Shown here: positions 19,648 through 29,131 of the stretch, piece after piece
How positions within the stretch are numbered: position 1 is the stretch's first letter
Layout of the letters: each line of letters begins with the position of its first letter
The notes under the pieces: generated by a model
Seen by the model: the letters and a program-made list of their open reading frames with translations, nothing else
Databases searched by the model: none
What the model was told of the DNA's origin: nothing
Translations under genes and position numbers: made by a program
Source of the DNA: Gammaproteobacteria bacterium
GTDB lineage: Bacteria; Pseudomonadota; Gammaproteobacteria; UBA1113
Assembly: GCA_009885895.1 (NCBI GenBank)
Contig: VFJV01000052.1
Location: forward strand, 1-39,582
Length of the DNA: 39,582 nucleotides
Reading direction: 5' to 3'

Positions 19648-20828
19648 ACACACAACTCCACGGCCATGGCGGTCGCCTCACCACCGCCTATACACAGGCT
19701 TGCGATCCCACGTTTTTTGTGATGGGTTCTTAAAGCGTGAATTAAGGTAACCAGAATACGCGCGCCAGAAGCCCCTATGGGGTGTCCTAAAATACAGGCC
19801 CCACCGTGAATATTGACTTTATCGTGTGGTAGTTTTAAGAGTTTCATTGCCACCATCGTGACAACAGCAAAAGCTTCGTTGATTTCAAATAAATCCACAT
19901 CGGCTATAGGCCATTGCGCTTTCTTTAAAACTTTATTAATGGCTTCCACCGGGGCTGTGCTAAACCACTCGGGTTCGTGCGCATGTGTGGCGTGTGCAAC
20001 GATGCGTGCCAAGGGTTTTAAGTGCAAAGCCTCGGCGGTAGATTGACGCATGACAATAAGCGCTGCCGCACCATCTGAAATAGAGCTTGAATTTGCTGCC
20101 GTTACCGTACCATCGGCGGCAAACGCAGGTTTTAAAGTGGTCATTTTGGCAATATTGGCTTTGTTGGGGCCTTCATCTTCTGTAACGCGTATCTCGCCAT
20201 TTTTGCTAAGATACTGCACTGCCGCTATTTCATCTTTAAAATAGCCTTTTTCTATGGCTTTCTGTGCTCGGTGTATGGATTCAATGGCGAAGGCATCTTG
20301 ACTTTGCCTATCAAAATTATATTTTACGGCTGTGTTTTCAGCAAAAACACCCATTAATTTTCCTACGGAATAAGCATCTTCTAAGCCATCAAAGAGCATA
20401 TGATCGATTACCTTTTGGTGCCCCATGCGATAGCCCAGTCTTGCCTTAGGCAATAGATAAGGTGCTAAGGACATGGACTCCATACCGCCCGCAATGCCGA
20501 TATTGATGCTGTTAGCCGCCAAAGCATCGTAAATTTGCATAATGGCTTTCATGCCAGAGCCACACATTTTATTGACTGTAGTGGCAGCTGTGCTGTTTGC
20601 TAAACCGGCTTTAAGCGTGGCTTGTCTTGCGGGTGCTTGCCCTTGACCTGCAGGCAATACGCAACCCATGAGGACTTCATCGATGTCTTCTTTTTTTAAA
20701 TTAGTGTTTTTCATGGCAGCGGCAATGGCGACAGCACCTAAATCGGAAGCGGTTAAGCTAGACAAATCGCCTTGAAAATTTCCCATAGGGGTGCGCATGG
20801 CACTCACAATAACGATGGGATCTTGCAT
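19644..20828 (-). CDS. Acetyl-CoA C-acyltransferase (thiolase)
   Basis: [25 protein letters not shown] and CIGGG. Confidence 0.96.
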
Positions 20829-20832
20829 GGTG

Positions 20833-21993
20833 TTACTCCTGTTCTTTAAATAACTCTCGGCCTATCAGCACTCGGCGAATTTCCGAGGTACCCGCACCAA
20901 TTTCATATAGTTTTGCATCCCGCAGCAAACGTCCACAAGGGTATTCATTGATATAACCATTACCGCCTAGGCATTGAATGGTTTGTAAGGCCATTTGTGT
21001 GGCACGCTCTGAGGTGTATAAAATGACGCTGGCCGCATCTTTGCGCGTAATTTTTTTATGGTCACAGGCTTCGGCGGTGGCGTATAAATAAATGCGACAA
21101 GCACTCAAGGTGCTGTACATATCGGCAAGTTTAGCTTGCATGAGTTGAAATTCACCGATGGCTTTATTAAATTGTTTGCGTTGATGCACATAAGGTAACA
21201 CTATATCCATGCAGGCTTGCATAATCCCCACGGGGCCCGCGGCGAGGACAACGCGTTCGTAGTCTAAGCCGCGCATTAATACTTTAGTGCCATGTTCTAG
21301 TTCACCCAATATATTTTCGGCGGGAACTTCACAATCGTTAAATACCAATTCGCAGGTAGAAGAACCACGCATGCCTAGTTTATCCAGCTTTTGGGCAATG
21401 CTAAAGCCTTTAAAATTTTTTTCGATAATAAATGCCGTGATGCCTTTTTTGCCTAGAGTAGGATTGGTTCTGGCGTAAACGACAAAGGTGTGGGCTTCGG
21501 GGCCATTGGTTATCCACATTTTATGGCCGTTTAAAATATAACGGTCGCCTTTTTTCTCGGCGCGCAATTGCATGCCCATGACATCGGAACCTGCGCCGGT
21601 TTCACTCATGGCCAGCGCACCGATGTGTTCGCCGCTGATGAGTTTAGGTAAATAGCGTTCTTTTTGCGCATGGGTGCCATTTAAGGTAATTTGATTGACG
21701 CATAGGTTGGAATGGGCACCATAACTTAAACCGACTGAAGCACTGGCGCGGCTTAGGGCTTCCACCACGATGACATGCGCACTATAACCCATGGCACTGC
21801 CGCCATAGGCGCTTTCTGCGGTTAAGCCCAATAGACCTAAGTCGCCCATTTTCCGCCAGAGTTCTTGGGGAATATGCCCATTGCGATCGATTTCTTCGGC
21901 CTTGGGGGCTATTTCATTTTGGGCAAATTGCGTGACAGTGTCTAATATCATCCGTAATTCGTCCGTTAAAGGCGGTATTAACCCAGTGAGCAT
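20833..21993 (-). CDS. liuA: Isovaleryl-CoA dehydrogenase
   Basis: [31 protein letters not shown] and [15 protein letters not shown]. Confidence 0.95.
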   Translation of the reverse strand: MLTGLIPPLTDELRMILDTVTQFAQNEIAPKAEEIDRNGHIPQELWRKMGDLGLLGLTAESAYGGSAMGYSAHVIVVEALSRASASVGLSYGAHSNLCVNQITLNGTHAQKERYLPKLISGEHIGALAMSETGAGSDVMGMQLRAEKKGDRYILNGHKMWITNGPEAHTFVVYARTNPTLGKKGITAFIIEKNFKGFSIAQKLDKLGMRGSSTCELVFNDCEVPAENILGELEHGTKVLMRGLDYERVVLAAGPVGIMQACMDIVLPYVHQRKQFNKAIGEFQLMQAKLADMYSTLSACRIYLYATAEACDHKKITRKDAASVILYTSERATQMALQTIQCLGGNGYINEYPCGRLLRDAKLYEIGAGTSEIRRVLIGRELFKEQE

Positions 21994-22134
21994 GGTCGGA
22001 AGATCTCCCCTATATTTAGATGCTTACAGAGTTGTGAGTATACATCAAAATAATGGCAAAAGGGGATTCACAAACTGTTTAAAATAGTGCAGAATAGGTA
22101 GGCTCGTAAATTTAACTCAAATGGGGAATGAACA

Positions 22135-23037
22135 ATGAAACTCAAGCAACTTGCAGTGATCCTGCTTGGCGTAATGAGCGCTATGGCCTATGCTGCGCCG
22201 GTTACCTCTTCTGCTCAAAATGAAGGCAATATGATGCCGGCTACTAATAGCATGCAAACAGCACCGGCTGCACCTGCTGTTGATACCATGCAAGTTGCGC
22301 CCGCAACGCCAGCGACACCTGCCGCCTCAAAAACCGCTACTCCAGGGGCTATCGTCAGCGAAAACGACAAAATCAGCTATACCTTGGGTGCTGATATGGG
22401 TCGCAATTTAAAAGAGCAAAAATTAACGATGAACCCTCAATTATTTGCCCGCGGCATTACCGATGGCATGGCGGGCGGTCCATTTATGTTAACCGACGCA
22501 CAAATGAAGTCAGCCATAGATGACTTTAAGAAAGTTTTATACGCGAAACAAGCTGAAAATCGCGAAAAAGTGCAAGCAGAGCAAAAGGCTTCAGCCGCTA
22601 AAAATACCAAAGACGGCACTGCTTTTTTGGCGGCCAATAAGAGTAAGCAAGGCGTTCAAACCATGAGTGATGGTTTACAGTACCGCAGTTTAACCAAGGG
22701 TACAGGCGCAACACCTTCAGCGAACGATACCGTTACTGTGGACTATGAAGGGCGTTTAATCGATGGAACCGTGTTTGATAGCTCCTATAAGCAAGGTCAG
22801 CCCGTTAGCTTTAAAGTGGCTGAAGTTATTCCTGGCTGGCAAGAAGCGTTAACCCATATGAAAGCGGGCGATGTTTGGGAAATCTACGTTCCTTCCCAGC
22901 TGGCTTATGGCGCACAAGGGGTGGGTGGTCCTATAGGCCCTAACCAAACGTTAATTTTCAAGATCCATTTAATTGACGTTAAAGCCGCTAATGCAACTAC
23001 TGTGAGCGAAAAGGCAGTAACGGCTAAGAAGGCTTAA
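22135..23037 (+). CDS. mip: FKBP-type peptidyl-prolyl isomerase (Mip/FkpA-like) with signal peptide and Ala/Pro-rich extension
   Basis: Signal peptide ending AMAYA, DKISYTLGADMG dimerisation domain, and YEGRLIDGTVFDSS...VIPGW..AL...LAYG FKBP domain. Confidence 0.9.
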   Translation: MKLKQLAVILLGVMSAMAYAAPVTSSAQNEGNMMPATNSMQTAPAAPAVDTMQVAPATPATPAASKTATPGAIVSENDKISYTLGADMGRNLKEQKLTMNPQLFARGITDGMAGGPFMLTDAQMKSAIDDFKKVLYAKQAENREKVQAEQKASAAKNTKDGTAFLAANKSKQGVQTMSDGLQYRSLTKGTGATPSANDTVTVDYEGRLIDGTVFDSSYKQGQPVSFKVAEVIPGWQEALTHMKAGDVWEIYVPSQLAYGAQGVGGPIGPNQTLIFKIHLIDVKAANATTVSEKAVTAKKA

Positions 23038-23045
23038 GATTTTTG

Positions 23046-23108
23046 TCGTAGGGGCAACCCCCTGTGGTTGTCCATGTTAGGGCGGGCATGAGGCCCGCCG
23101 CTCTACGA
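23046..23108. repeat. GTAG-type REP doublet (inverted pair)
   Basis: TCGTAG-GGGCAACC..GGTTGTCC and, on the opposite strand, TCGTAG-AGC-GGCGGGC..GCCCGCC. Each is a GTAG tetranucleotide followed by a GC-rich hairpin. Confidence 0.65.
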
Positions 23109-23148
23109 TCTCATTGCTTGTCCGCTCGCAATTGAGTTAGGAGAAATT

Positions 23149-24381
23149 ATGTCTATTGCGCGCACTCGCTATTACAGCGTCACTTTACTAGGCATATCCT
23201 CAGGCTTACCCATAGCCTTATGCAGTAGCACGCTACAAGCCTGGTTTACCCAAGAAAATCTGGGCATTATTCTACTCGGTTTTATTAACATTATAGGTTT
23301 ACCCTATGTGCTTAAATGGTTGTGGGCACCTTTACTGGATCGTTTAACGTTATCTTCCTTAGGGCGGCGTAAAAGTTGGATAGTCGCGATGCAATTGGCC
23401 TTAATTGCCGTATTGTGGTGTATGTCTTATTTACATCCCGCACAGCATGCAGGTTTGTTGATGGGGCTAGGTGCAATATTGGCTTTTTTTTCTTCTACAC
23501 AAGATATTGCCATCGATGCGTACCGTACGGAAATCTTAAGCTCTAAAGAGAGGGGCTTAGGCGCGGCCCTGAATGTAACGGGATATCGTTTTGCCTTATT
23601 GGTTGCCGGTGCATTGGCATTATTATTAGCCGACAGTATAGGCTGGAATTATACCTATAAGATCATGGCATTGATTCTTTTGGGCTGTTCAATGCTCACT
23701 TTTTTTACCCCAGAACCCAAAGTGTTGAAGCAACCCACGACTTTACGCGAAGCTTTTATTGGGCCGTTACAAGATTTTTTTAAAAGATCGAACGCGCTGT
23801 GGCTCATTGCGGTGATTGTGTTGTATAAGCTGGGGGAAGCCTATGCCTTGTCACTCACTACACCCTTTTTATTGCGCGGTTTGCATTTTACTTTAACGGA
23901 AGTCGCTTTATTAAATAAGGTTATTGGTCTGAGCGCCGTTATTTTAGGCGGTATCCTGGGTGGTTTATGGATGATGCGCTTGGGACTATTTTGTTCATTA
24001 TTAACCTTCGGCACCTTAGCGGCATTAACCAATATTATGTTTGTGGTGATGGCACTCGTGGGTAAGAATATGGTGTTGGCAGGATGTACTATTTTTGCAG
24101 AAAATTTCTTCAGCGGAATGTCCAGTGCTGCTTTTGTGGCTTTTCTAATGAGTTTATGCAACCCTAAATTTACGGCGATGCAATACGCCAGTTTATCGGC
24201 CATTGCTTCTATAGGCCGAGTGTTGGTAGGTTCAACTTCGGGACTATTGGTGCAGCATTTAGGCTGGATTAATTTCTACTGGGTGAGTGTGGCCATTTGT
24301 ATGCCCGGACTCTATATGCTATGGCGCAGTCAGCATTTATTGTGTTTTCGCGGTGCGCAGGATTTACCAGAAGGGGTATAG
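23149..24381 (+). CDS. ampG: AmpG muropeptide MFS permease
   Basis: LLGISSGLP, LKWLWAPLLD, LGRRKSW, STQDIAIDAYR and FTAMQYA. Confidence 0.94.
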   Translation: MSIARTRYYSVTLLGISSGLPIALCSSTLQAWFTQENLGIILLGFINIIGLPYVLKWLWAPLLDRLTLSSLGRRKSWIVAMQLALIAVLWCMSYLHPAQHAGLLMGLGAILAFFSSTQDIAIDAYRTEILSSKERGLGAALNVTGYRFALLVAGALALLLADSIGWNYTYKIMALILLGCSMLTFFTPEPKVLKQPTTLREAFIGPLQDFFKRSNALWLIAVIVLYKLGEAYALSLTTPFLLRGLHFTLTEVALLNKVIGLSAVILGGILGGLWMMRLGLFCSLLTFGTLAALTNIMFVVMALVGKNMVLAGCTIFAENFFSGMSSAAFVAFLMSLCNPKFTAMQYASLSAIASIGRVLVGSTSGLLVQHLGWINFYWVSVAICMPGLYMLWRSQHLLCFRGAQDLPEGV

Positions 24382-24388
24382 ATAAATC

Positions 24389-24859
24389 ATGTTGTACGAT
24401 TTATCTCAAAAATTAGGGAACCTTTTGCAGCAAAAAGGCTTAAGGCTCACTACCGCAGAGTCTTGCACCGGCGGTTATATTGCGCAAATGATAACGGCTG
24501 TGCCCAATAGCTCTGAATGGTTTGAACGCGGTTTTGTAACCTATAGCAACGAGGCCAAAATAGAAATGCTGGGCGTGTCTGAAGATACTCTAGTAGAGTA
24601 CGGTGCCGTGAGTATTGAAGTCGTGGCTGAAATGGCTTTAGGCGCGTTAAAGCACAGTCATGCGGATATCAGTGTGGCGGTTAGTGGTATTGCGGGACCG
24701 AGTGGTGGCACTAAAGACAAACCCGTAGGCACCGTCTGTTTCGCCATTGCTGGGGGCGGCAAGGCAATCCAAACGTATACCCAGTATTTTTCTGGCAACC
24801 GACAAACCGTGCGAAAGGCGTGTGTAGAATTTGCTTTGACGCAATTATATAAATTATAA
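24389..24859 (+). CDS. pncC: Nicotinamide-nucleotide amidohydrolase (CinA C-terminal/PncC)
   Basis: TAESCTGG, FVTYSNEAK and SGIAGPSGG..KPVGTV. Confidence 0.93.
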   Translation: MLYDLSQKLGNLLQQKGLRLTTAESCTGGYIAQMITAVPNSSEWFERGFVTYSNEAKIEMLGVSEDTLVEYGAVSIEVVAEMALGALKHSHADISVAVSGIAGPSGGTKDKPVGTVCFAIAGGGKAIQTYTQYFSGNRQTVRKACVEFALTQLYKL

Positions 24860-26455
24860 GTTATCCAAATGCATGACCTCGGTTTTTTCAATGAGGGTGA
24901 CATAAGAAGGGATATCGCTTTTATTAAACGGCTCGCCGGATAGAATAAACAATTGCGTGAAGCCTTGTGCATGCAATTTTTCCGCTATCTCTAGGCCGGT
25001 CTCAGGAAATCCGTCGAAATGATTATCCAGATAAATTTTGGTGTCTTTGGCATATTTGCCTACATCATTTAAAAAATGTGTTGGGTTATGGTATGTGGCC
25101 GTGAGTTCATCCTCAAAAAAATGTAGTAGTAGCATGTTAACGAAGGCTTTATTGTCGTCTACAATAACGGCATAGACTTTTTCTAGGCCTGCGGCATCTA
25201 ACTTTTTCTCATTGGCCTTAGCAATGCTGATTTGAACTTCAGATGCCAATTGCTTAGGTAAAATTTTTGTGCCCGTTTTCGCCGCTTCTGTTTGGATGGA
25301 CAGATCGGCGTAATGACTGGTCACCAGCATAGAGCGGGGGATTTGACTGTGTGTAATGACGTCTAAACCCCTTAGATCCTGTTTTAGCAATTCATAGCCC
25401 GACAGCAGAAAAACATGCTCTTTTTCAGACGGGGTTAAGGCCTTTATAAAGGCCAAGGCTTCTTTGCCTTCTTGAAAATGTTTGCGTTGTATCTGGACCG
25501 TTTCATTTGAAAGTGCCTCAAAGCGGCTGCTCCAGGCACCGTGAATAGAGGCGTCATCGTCTAAAATAACAACCGTATCGTTGGAGTTTAAGCAAATCTC
25601 TTCGGCAATCCAATATGGCGCGGTGATCCTAGGAAAGGTGAGCGTGATGACAGTCCCTTTGCCCATTTCAGAAGCAATATGCAATTCACCTTGATTTTTG
25701 TCCAGGGTTTCCCACACTTGGGTTAGGCCTATGCCGTGGCCGGATTTTTTGCCTTCGGTTACCGCTGTTTTCTGCATGATTTTTGCAATTAATTCCCCCG
25801 GCATGCCCTTGCCGGTATCTAAAATGCTGATTTTAACCCATTCATTGTCCGCCTTAAGGCCTAAGACTATTCTTCCGGTGTGTCCATCCATCGCATCGAC
25901 TGCATTGTTGATTAGATTCGATAACAGGCGTTTAAAGGCACTGGCTTGTGTCTTAATAAAGGCAAAATGCGTGTGGGCTTCAAAATCAAAGTCGAATGTA
26001 AGCGGCAGTTTTTCGTATTGGTATTTCTTAGCGCTTAGGGTTTCCCATAAAACGGTAGAGAGCAACAGGGGTTGATGTGTTTCATATTCGATTATGTCGG
26101 CACCGTCTTTCTTTTGGTATTGATGCAATAAATTATTCGCTATATCCCCTATGTTGATGGCCGCTTCTCTTAATGCGATACGGCTGCTTTCTGGAAGTTG
26201 CGAACAATCTTTTAAAACCACCAATAAACCGGCCAATGGCGATCGTATATCGTGTGCCACTTGGCTCGCGAGTTTGGTGAATTTTTCTTGTTGCTCCAGC
26301 ATGATTTTTTGTTTCGCATTCAGTATTTTTAGTTGTTCTGCTTCTTTTTCAGAGGTAACATCAATTGCAGAGCCGATGATGCCTATAACTTTGCCTTCAT
26401 CATTATACAAAGGGGCTTTTGCATTGCGAAATACTTTAACCTCTCCTGTTGTCAT
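24854..26455 (-). CDS. Hybrid histidine kinase, C-terminal fragment (PAC + HisKA + HATPase + degenerate REC + REC)
   Basis: Begins in the middle of a PAS domain (KAPLYN.EG.VIGIIG.AIDVT). H-box QVAHDIRSPL, N-box SNLINNA, DTGKG, GHGIGL, then two receiver-like domains. Confidence 0.85.
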   Translation of the reverse strand: MTTGEVKVFRNAKAPLYNDEGKVIGIIGSAIDVTSEKEAEQLKILNAKQKIMLEQQEKFTKLASQVAHDIRSPLAGLLVVLKDCSQLPESSRIALREAAINIGDIANNLLHQYQKKDGADIIEYETHQPLLLSTVLWETLSAKKYQYEKLPLTFDFDFEAHTHFAFIKTQASAFKRLLSNLINNAVDAMDGHTGRIVLGLKADNEWVKISILDTGKGMPGELIAKIMQKTAVTEGKKSGHGIGLTQVWETLDKNQGELHIASEMGKGTVITLTFPRITAPYWIAEEICLNSNDTVVILDDDASIHGAWSSRFEALSNETVQIQRKHFQEGKEALAFIKALTPSEKEHVFLLSGYELLKQDLRGLDVITHSQIPRSMLVTSHYADLSIQTEAAKTGTKILPKQLASEVQISIAKANEKKLDAAGLEKVYAVIVDDNKAFVNMLLLHFFEDELTATYHNPTHFLNDVGKYAKDTKIYLDNHFDGFPETGLEIAEKLHAQGFTQLFILSGEPFNKSDIPSYVTLIEKTEVMHLDNL

Positions 26456-27338
26456 ATTTTCTATTTTCTATTTGCTCATCTTGAGACAATATTTCGCCCG
26501 TTTTTATTACTTGCTCATGGTGGTTTAATATTTGTTCAGCAGTTTCTTTAGGGTAAAAATCATAGGGGGTCTTCCCTATGATATCTCTGGTGGCACCAAT
26601 TGCTTTTAAACAATGTGCATTTGCACCCAAAACAACACCTTTTGTATCATGCCAATAAATTATGGTTGGCAGCATGGGTGAAACAATTTCAAGGATATCA
26701 AATATTCCGGCCCTATTCATGCTTGGAGATTTTTCCTGTGACTTCGCATGCAGAATCATTTGTTTAACTTCTAATTTTTCGTAATCAGAATAGTAAAAAT
26801 TAACGGGGGTGGGATCTTGGTCTTCATATTTAAAAGCATGTTCTATTTTTAAGGGGCACCCCATTCTCGTTAGTACGCCAGTTATATGTGCATTACTTGC
26901 TGCGGCGCAAAATGAATACTGGTTATTTTCGCAACACTGGAATGCTGTTAAAAACAATTTCCGCACAATCCCAAGCCCGTTATGGCTTTTTAAAACTGCA
27001 GTTCTACTTGATTCGGCGCAACGACTTTTATCTGCGGGTAAGTGTTTTTGTATGACAACGCTGTTTTTATATCCCTCCATTTCCAATTGATTATTTTCAT
27101 CTGAAAAAGTTAAGCGTGTACAACCTACAAGTTGTGGCCCATCAAATGCCCCAACCCAAACTGCTTTATCGGTGAATCTATCCACCAAGATTTTTTTATT
27201 ATTTTTAAGTTCCACTCTCAATTGTGACGGGTTGTCAGGAGAAAAATTCCAAATCATTTCTTCATGATAAACTTTATACAATAATGCACAGGCGTCTTCA
27301 ATTAATTCAGGGCTTTCTAATTTTTTAATGAGTACCAT
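26436..27338 (-). CDS. GNAT/acyl-synthase-like domain + N-terminal half of a PAS domain; N-terminal fragment of the kinase
   Basis: LLYKVY..E, DRF, LVGCTRL and AESSRTAV resemble LuxI/N-acyl amino acid synthase GNAT folds. IYWHDTKGVVLGAN...IIGKTPYDF is a PAS start. Confidence 0.75.
   Translation of the reverse strand: MVLIKKLESPELIEDACALLYKVYHEEMIWNFSPDNPSQLRVELKNNKKILVDRFTDKAVWVGAFDGPQLVGCTRLTFSDENNQLEMEGYKNSVVIQKHLPADKSRCAESSRTAVLKSHNGLGIVRKLFLTAFQCCENNQYSFCAAASNAHITGVLTRMGCPLKIEHAFKYEDQDPTPVNFYYSDYEKLEVKQMILHAKSQEKSPSMNRAGIFDILEIVSPMLPTIIYWHDTKGVVLGANAHCLKAIGATRDIIGKTPYDFYPKETAEQILNHHEQVIKTGEILSQDEQIENRKYDNRRG
26458..26471. repeat. 7-bp tandem duplication causing the kinase frameshift
   Basis: TTTCTAT twice on the + strand (26458-26464 and 26465-26471). 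Confidence 0.85.
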
Positions 27339-27575
27339 ATAGGTTCCTTGGCTAGTAGTATTATTTTATAGCGCCAACTTTACACTCAGTTTGAAAAAAA
27401 ATCAATCTTACAGCTTGAATACCTTATTTAAGAAACCAGCTTTTAATAGATCTTAAGTTAGATCGGAAATTTTGAAGGTACTCTATCATACACATTGCTA
27501 TTTAACGGCACTTGCTTTATTCTCGACCGTGTATAGTCGCAAAAAAATTGGAAGTTTATTCCTAGGAGAGTTTAT

Positions 27576-28376
27576 ATGCTTAGAATAGTGTCTACTGAAA
27601 TTACGCTAACTGAGGGGGGATCAGACAATACAAGAATATTGAAGGTTATAGAGGGAATTATGTCTACTATTTCCCATGAGTTACATAATTCATTGCTAGG
27701 CGTTACCGGTGGGGCATCGGGTATAAAACATAAGTTTTCGGCATTGGTCAATGGCTATAAATTGGCTCAAAAGCACCATTTAGAGGGCTTAGAGCCGATT
27801 TCTCCTCAGTCTTTAGATATTCTGTCTACGACTCCCGAGGTTATACAAAAAGAAGCGGAATCCTGCAAGTTCTGCATAGATTATTTATTGTATAACATTG
27901 CGCCTAGATTACTCCGTAGGGATCCTGAGGGTGTGCAGAAAATAAGCTACTGCATTGCGCTGGCCTTAGAAAGCTATCCATTTACGAATGATTCCCGCGC
28001 TTTAGTTCATTGGCAGGGGGAAAATGAGTTTTCTTTTTGGGGTTCAGAATTGCCCCTTCGTTATGCGCTCTTCAATCTACTGAGAAACGCCCTCTACCAA
28101 ATTAAAAAAGCGGGGAAGGGAGACATCACCGTCTGGCAAAGTACCGAGAAAGATGCGAATGTGCTGCATTTTAAAGACACTGCCTCTGGTGTTGCTAAGG
28201 ATATCATTCCCACCTTATTCCAGCCTTTTAATAGCGATAAACGGCATGGGCTAGGCTTAGGCTTGCTTTTTTGCAGCCGGATCATGAATGAACTGGGCGG
28301 TCGCATAGAGTGCGATTCGATAGAAGGCGAGTCTTGCGAATTTTTGCTCTATTTTCCTAAAATAAGGCAGCAGTAG
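27576..28376 (+). CDS. Cytoplasmic histidine kinase core (HisKA + HATPase), LqsS/CqsS-like C-terminus, no sensor domain
   Basis: H-box ISHELHNSL at about aa 33, ALESYPF, N-box LFNLLRNAL, FKDTASG, LFQPF and GLGLGL. No transmembrane segment. GGAG RBS upstream. Confidence 0.85.
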   Translation: MLRIVSTEITLTEGGSDNTRILKVIEGIMSTISHELHNSLLGVTGGASGIKHKFSALVNGYKLAQKHHLEGLEPISPQSLDILSTTPEVIQKEAESCKFCIDYLLYNIAPRLLRRDPEGVQKISYCIALALESYPFTNDSRALVHWQGENEFSFWGSELPLRYALFNLLRNALYQIKKAGKGDITVWQSTEKDANVLHFKDTASGVAKDIIPTLFQPFNSDKRHGLGLGLLFCSRIMNELGGRIECDSIEGESCEFLLYFPKIRQQ

Positions 28377-28381
28377 GGTCT

Positions 28382-29131
28382 ATGGATCTCCTTTTTAAAA
28401 CCCCATTCACACTCATTGCCCATCGCGGCGCCAATCTCTTGGCCCCTGAAAATACCTTGCCTGCATTTGCCTTGGCATATGATATGGGCGCGGCGTGGGT
28501 GGAATGCGACGCTGTATTAACGGCCGATCATGTTCCGGTGATTTTGCACGATAGAAATCTATTGCGTACGGCAGGGCAGCAGGTGAATATTGATGAATTA
28601 AATTACGATGATCTGCAAAAATATAATGTAGGGGCTTATTTTGCCAAAGAGCATGCACACACGACGGTGCCAAGATTAGAAGACGTATTAGAACTCGCGC
28701 TACAGTACGGACGAGGTGTGAATGTAGAAATTAAGCCTGTGCTGCCAGAATATGCTGCGCTAACGGCCGAATGTGTTTGTACCGTAATAGAACCTTATTT
28801 TTCTCGCATTCCTGTTTTAGTTTCCAGCTTTGAATGGGATTGCCTATTATGGTACAAGAAACATTCCCCGAAAGTGAACTTAGGCTATTTAATGTCAGAC
28901 TGGGAGCCGGATTGGAAGGAAAAAGCCCTGGAGTTAAACGCCATTAGCCTTCATTGTGATGAAACAATCTTAACGCAAAAACGTATAGAGTGTTTAACAG
29001 ACAGTATATTCGCTGTTTTAGCCTATACCGTCAATAAGCGCACACGTGCCGAAGAACTATTTAAAGCCGGGATTTCGGGTATTTTCTCAGATGATCCACA
29101 ATTGTTGTCTAAGGGTGAGGCTAATGATTGA
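28382..29131 (+). CDS. ugpQ: Glycerophosphodiester phosphodiesterase (UgpQ-like, cytoplasmic)
   Basis: IAHRGA..APENTL, VECD, ILHD..L.RT, NVEIK, SSF and YTVN. Confidence 0.92.
   Translation: MDLLFKTPFTLIAHRGANLLAPENTLPAFALAYDMGAAWVECDAVLTADHVPVILHDRNLLRTAGQQVNIDELNYDDLQKYNVGAYFAKEHAHTTVPRLEDVLELALQYGRGVNVEIKPVLPEYAALTAECVCTVIEPYFSRIPVLVSSFEWDCLLWYKKHSPKVNLGYLMSDWEPDWKEKALELNAISLHCDETILTQKRIECLTDSIFAVLAYTVNKRTRAEELFKAGISGIFSDDPQLLSKGEAND

Larger units (their letters stand above)
24854..27338 (-). pseudogene. Frameshifted GNAT-PAS-HK-REC-REC sensor kinase (about 825 aa when repaired)
   Basis: The coding strand reads CAA ATAGAAA ATAGAAA AT ATG. Removing one 7-bp copy joins both ORFs as ...QIENMTTGEVK... 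and restores a continuous PAS domain. Confidence 0.8.

Noticed and set aside
14016-21993. Leucine catabolic cluster with an embedded thiolase as a novel pathway
   Set aside because: These are standard liu enzymes, and a thiolase within such clusters is common.
29046-29123. N-terminal extension of GlpD in the ORF track
   Set aside because: It overlaps the phosphodiesterase gene. The FAD-binding motif follows the ATG at 29124 directly.
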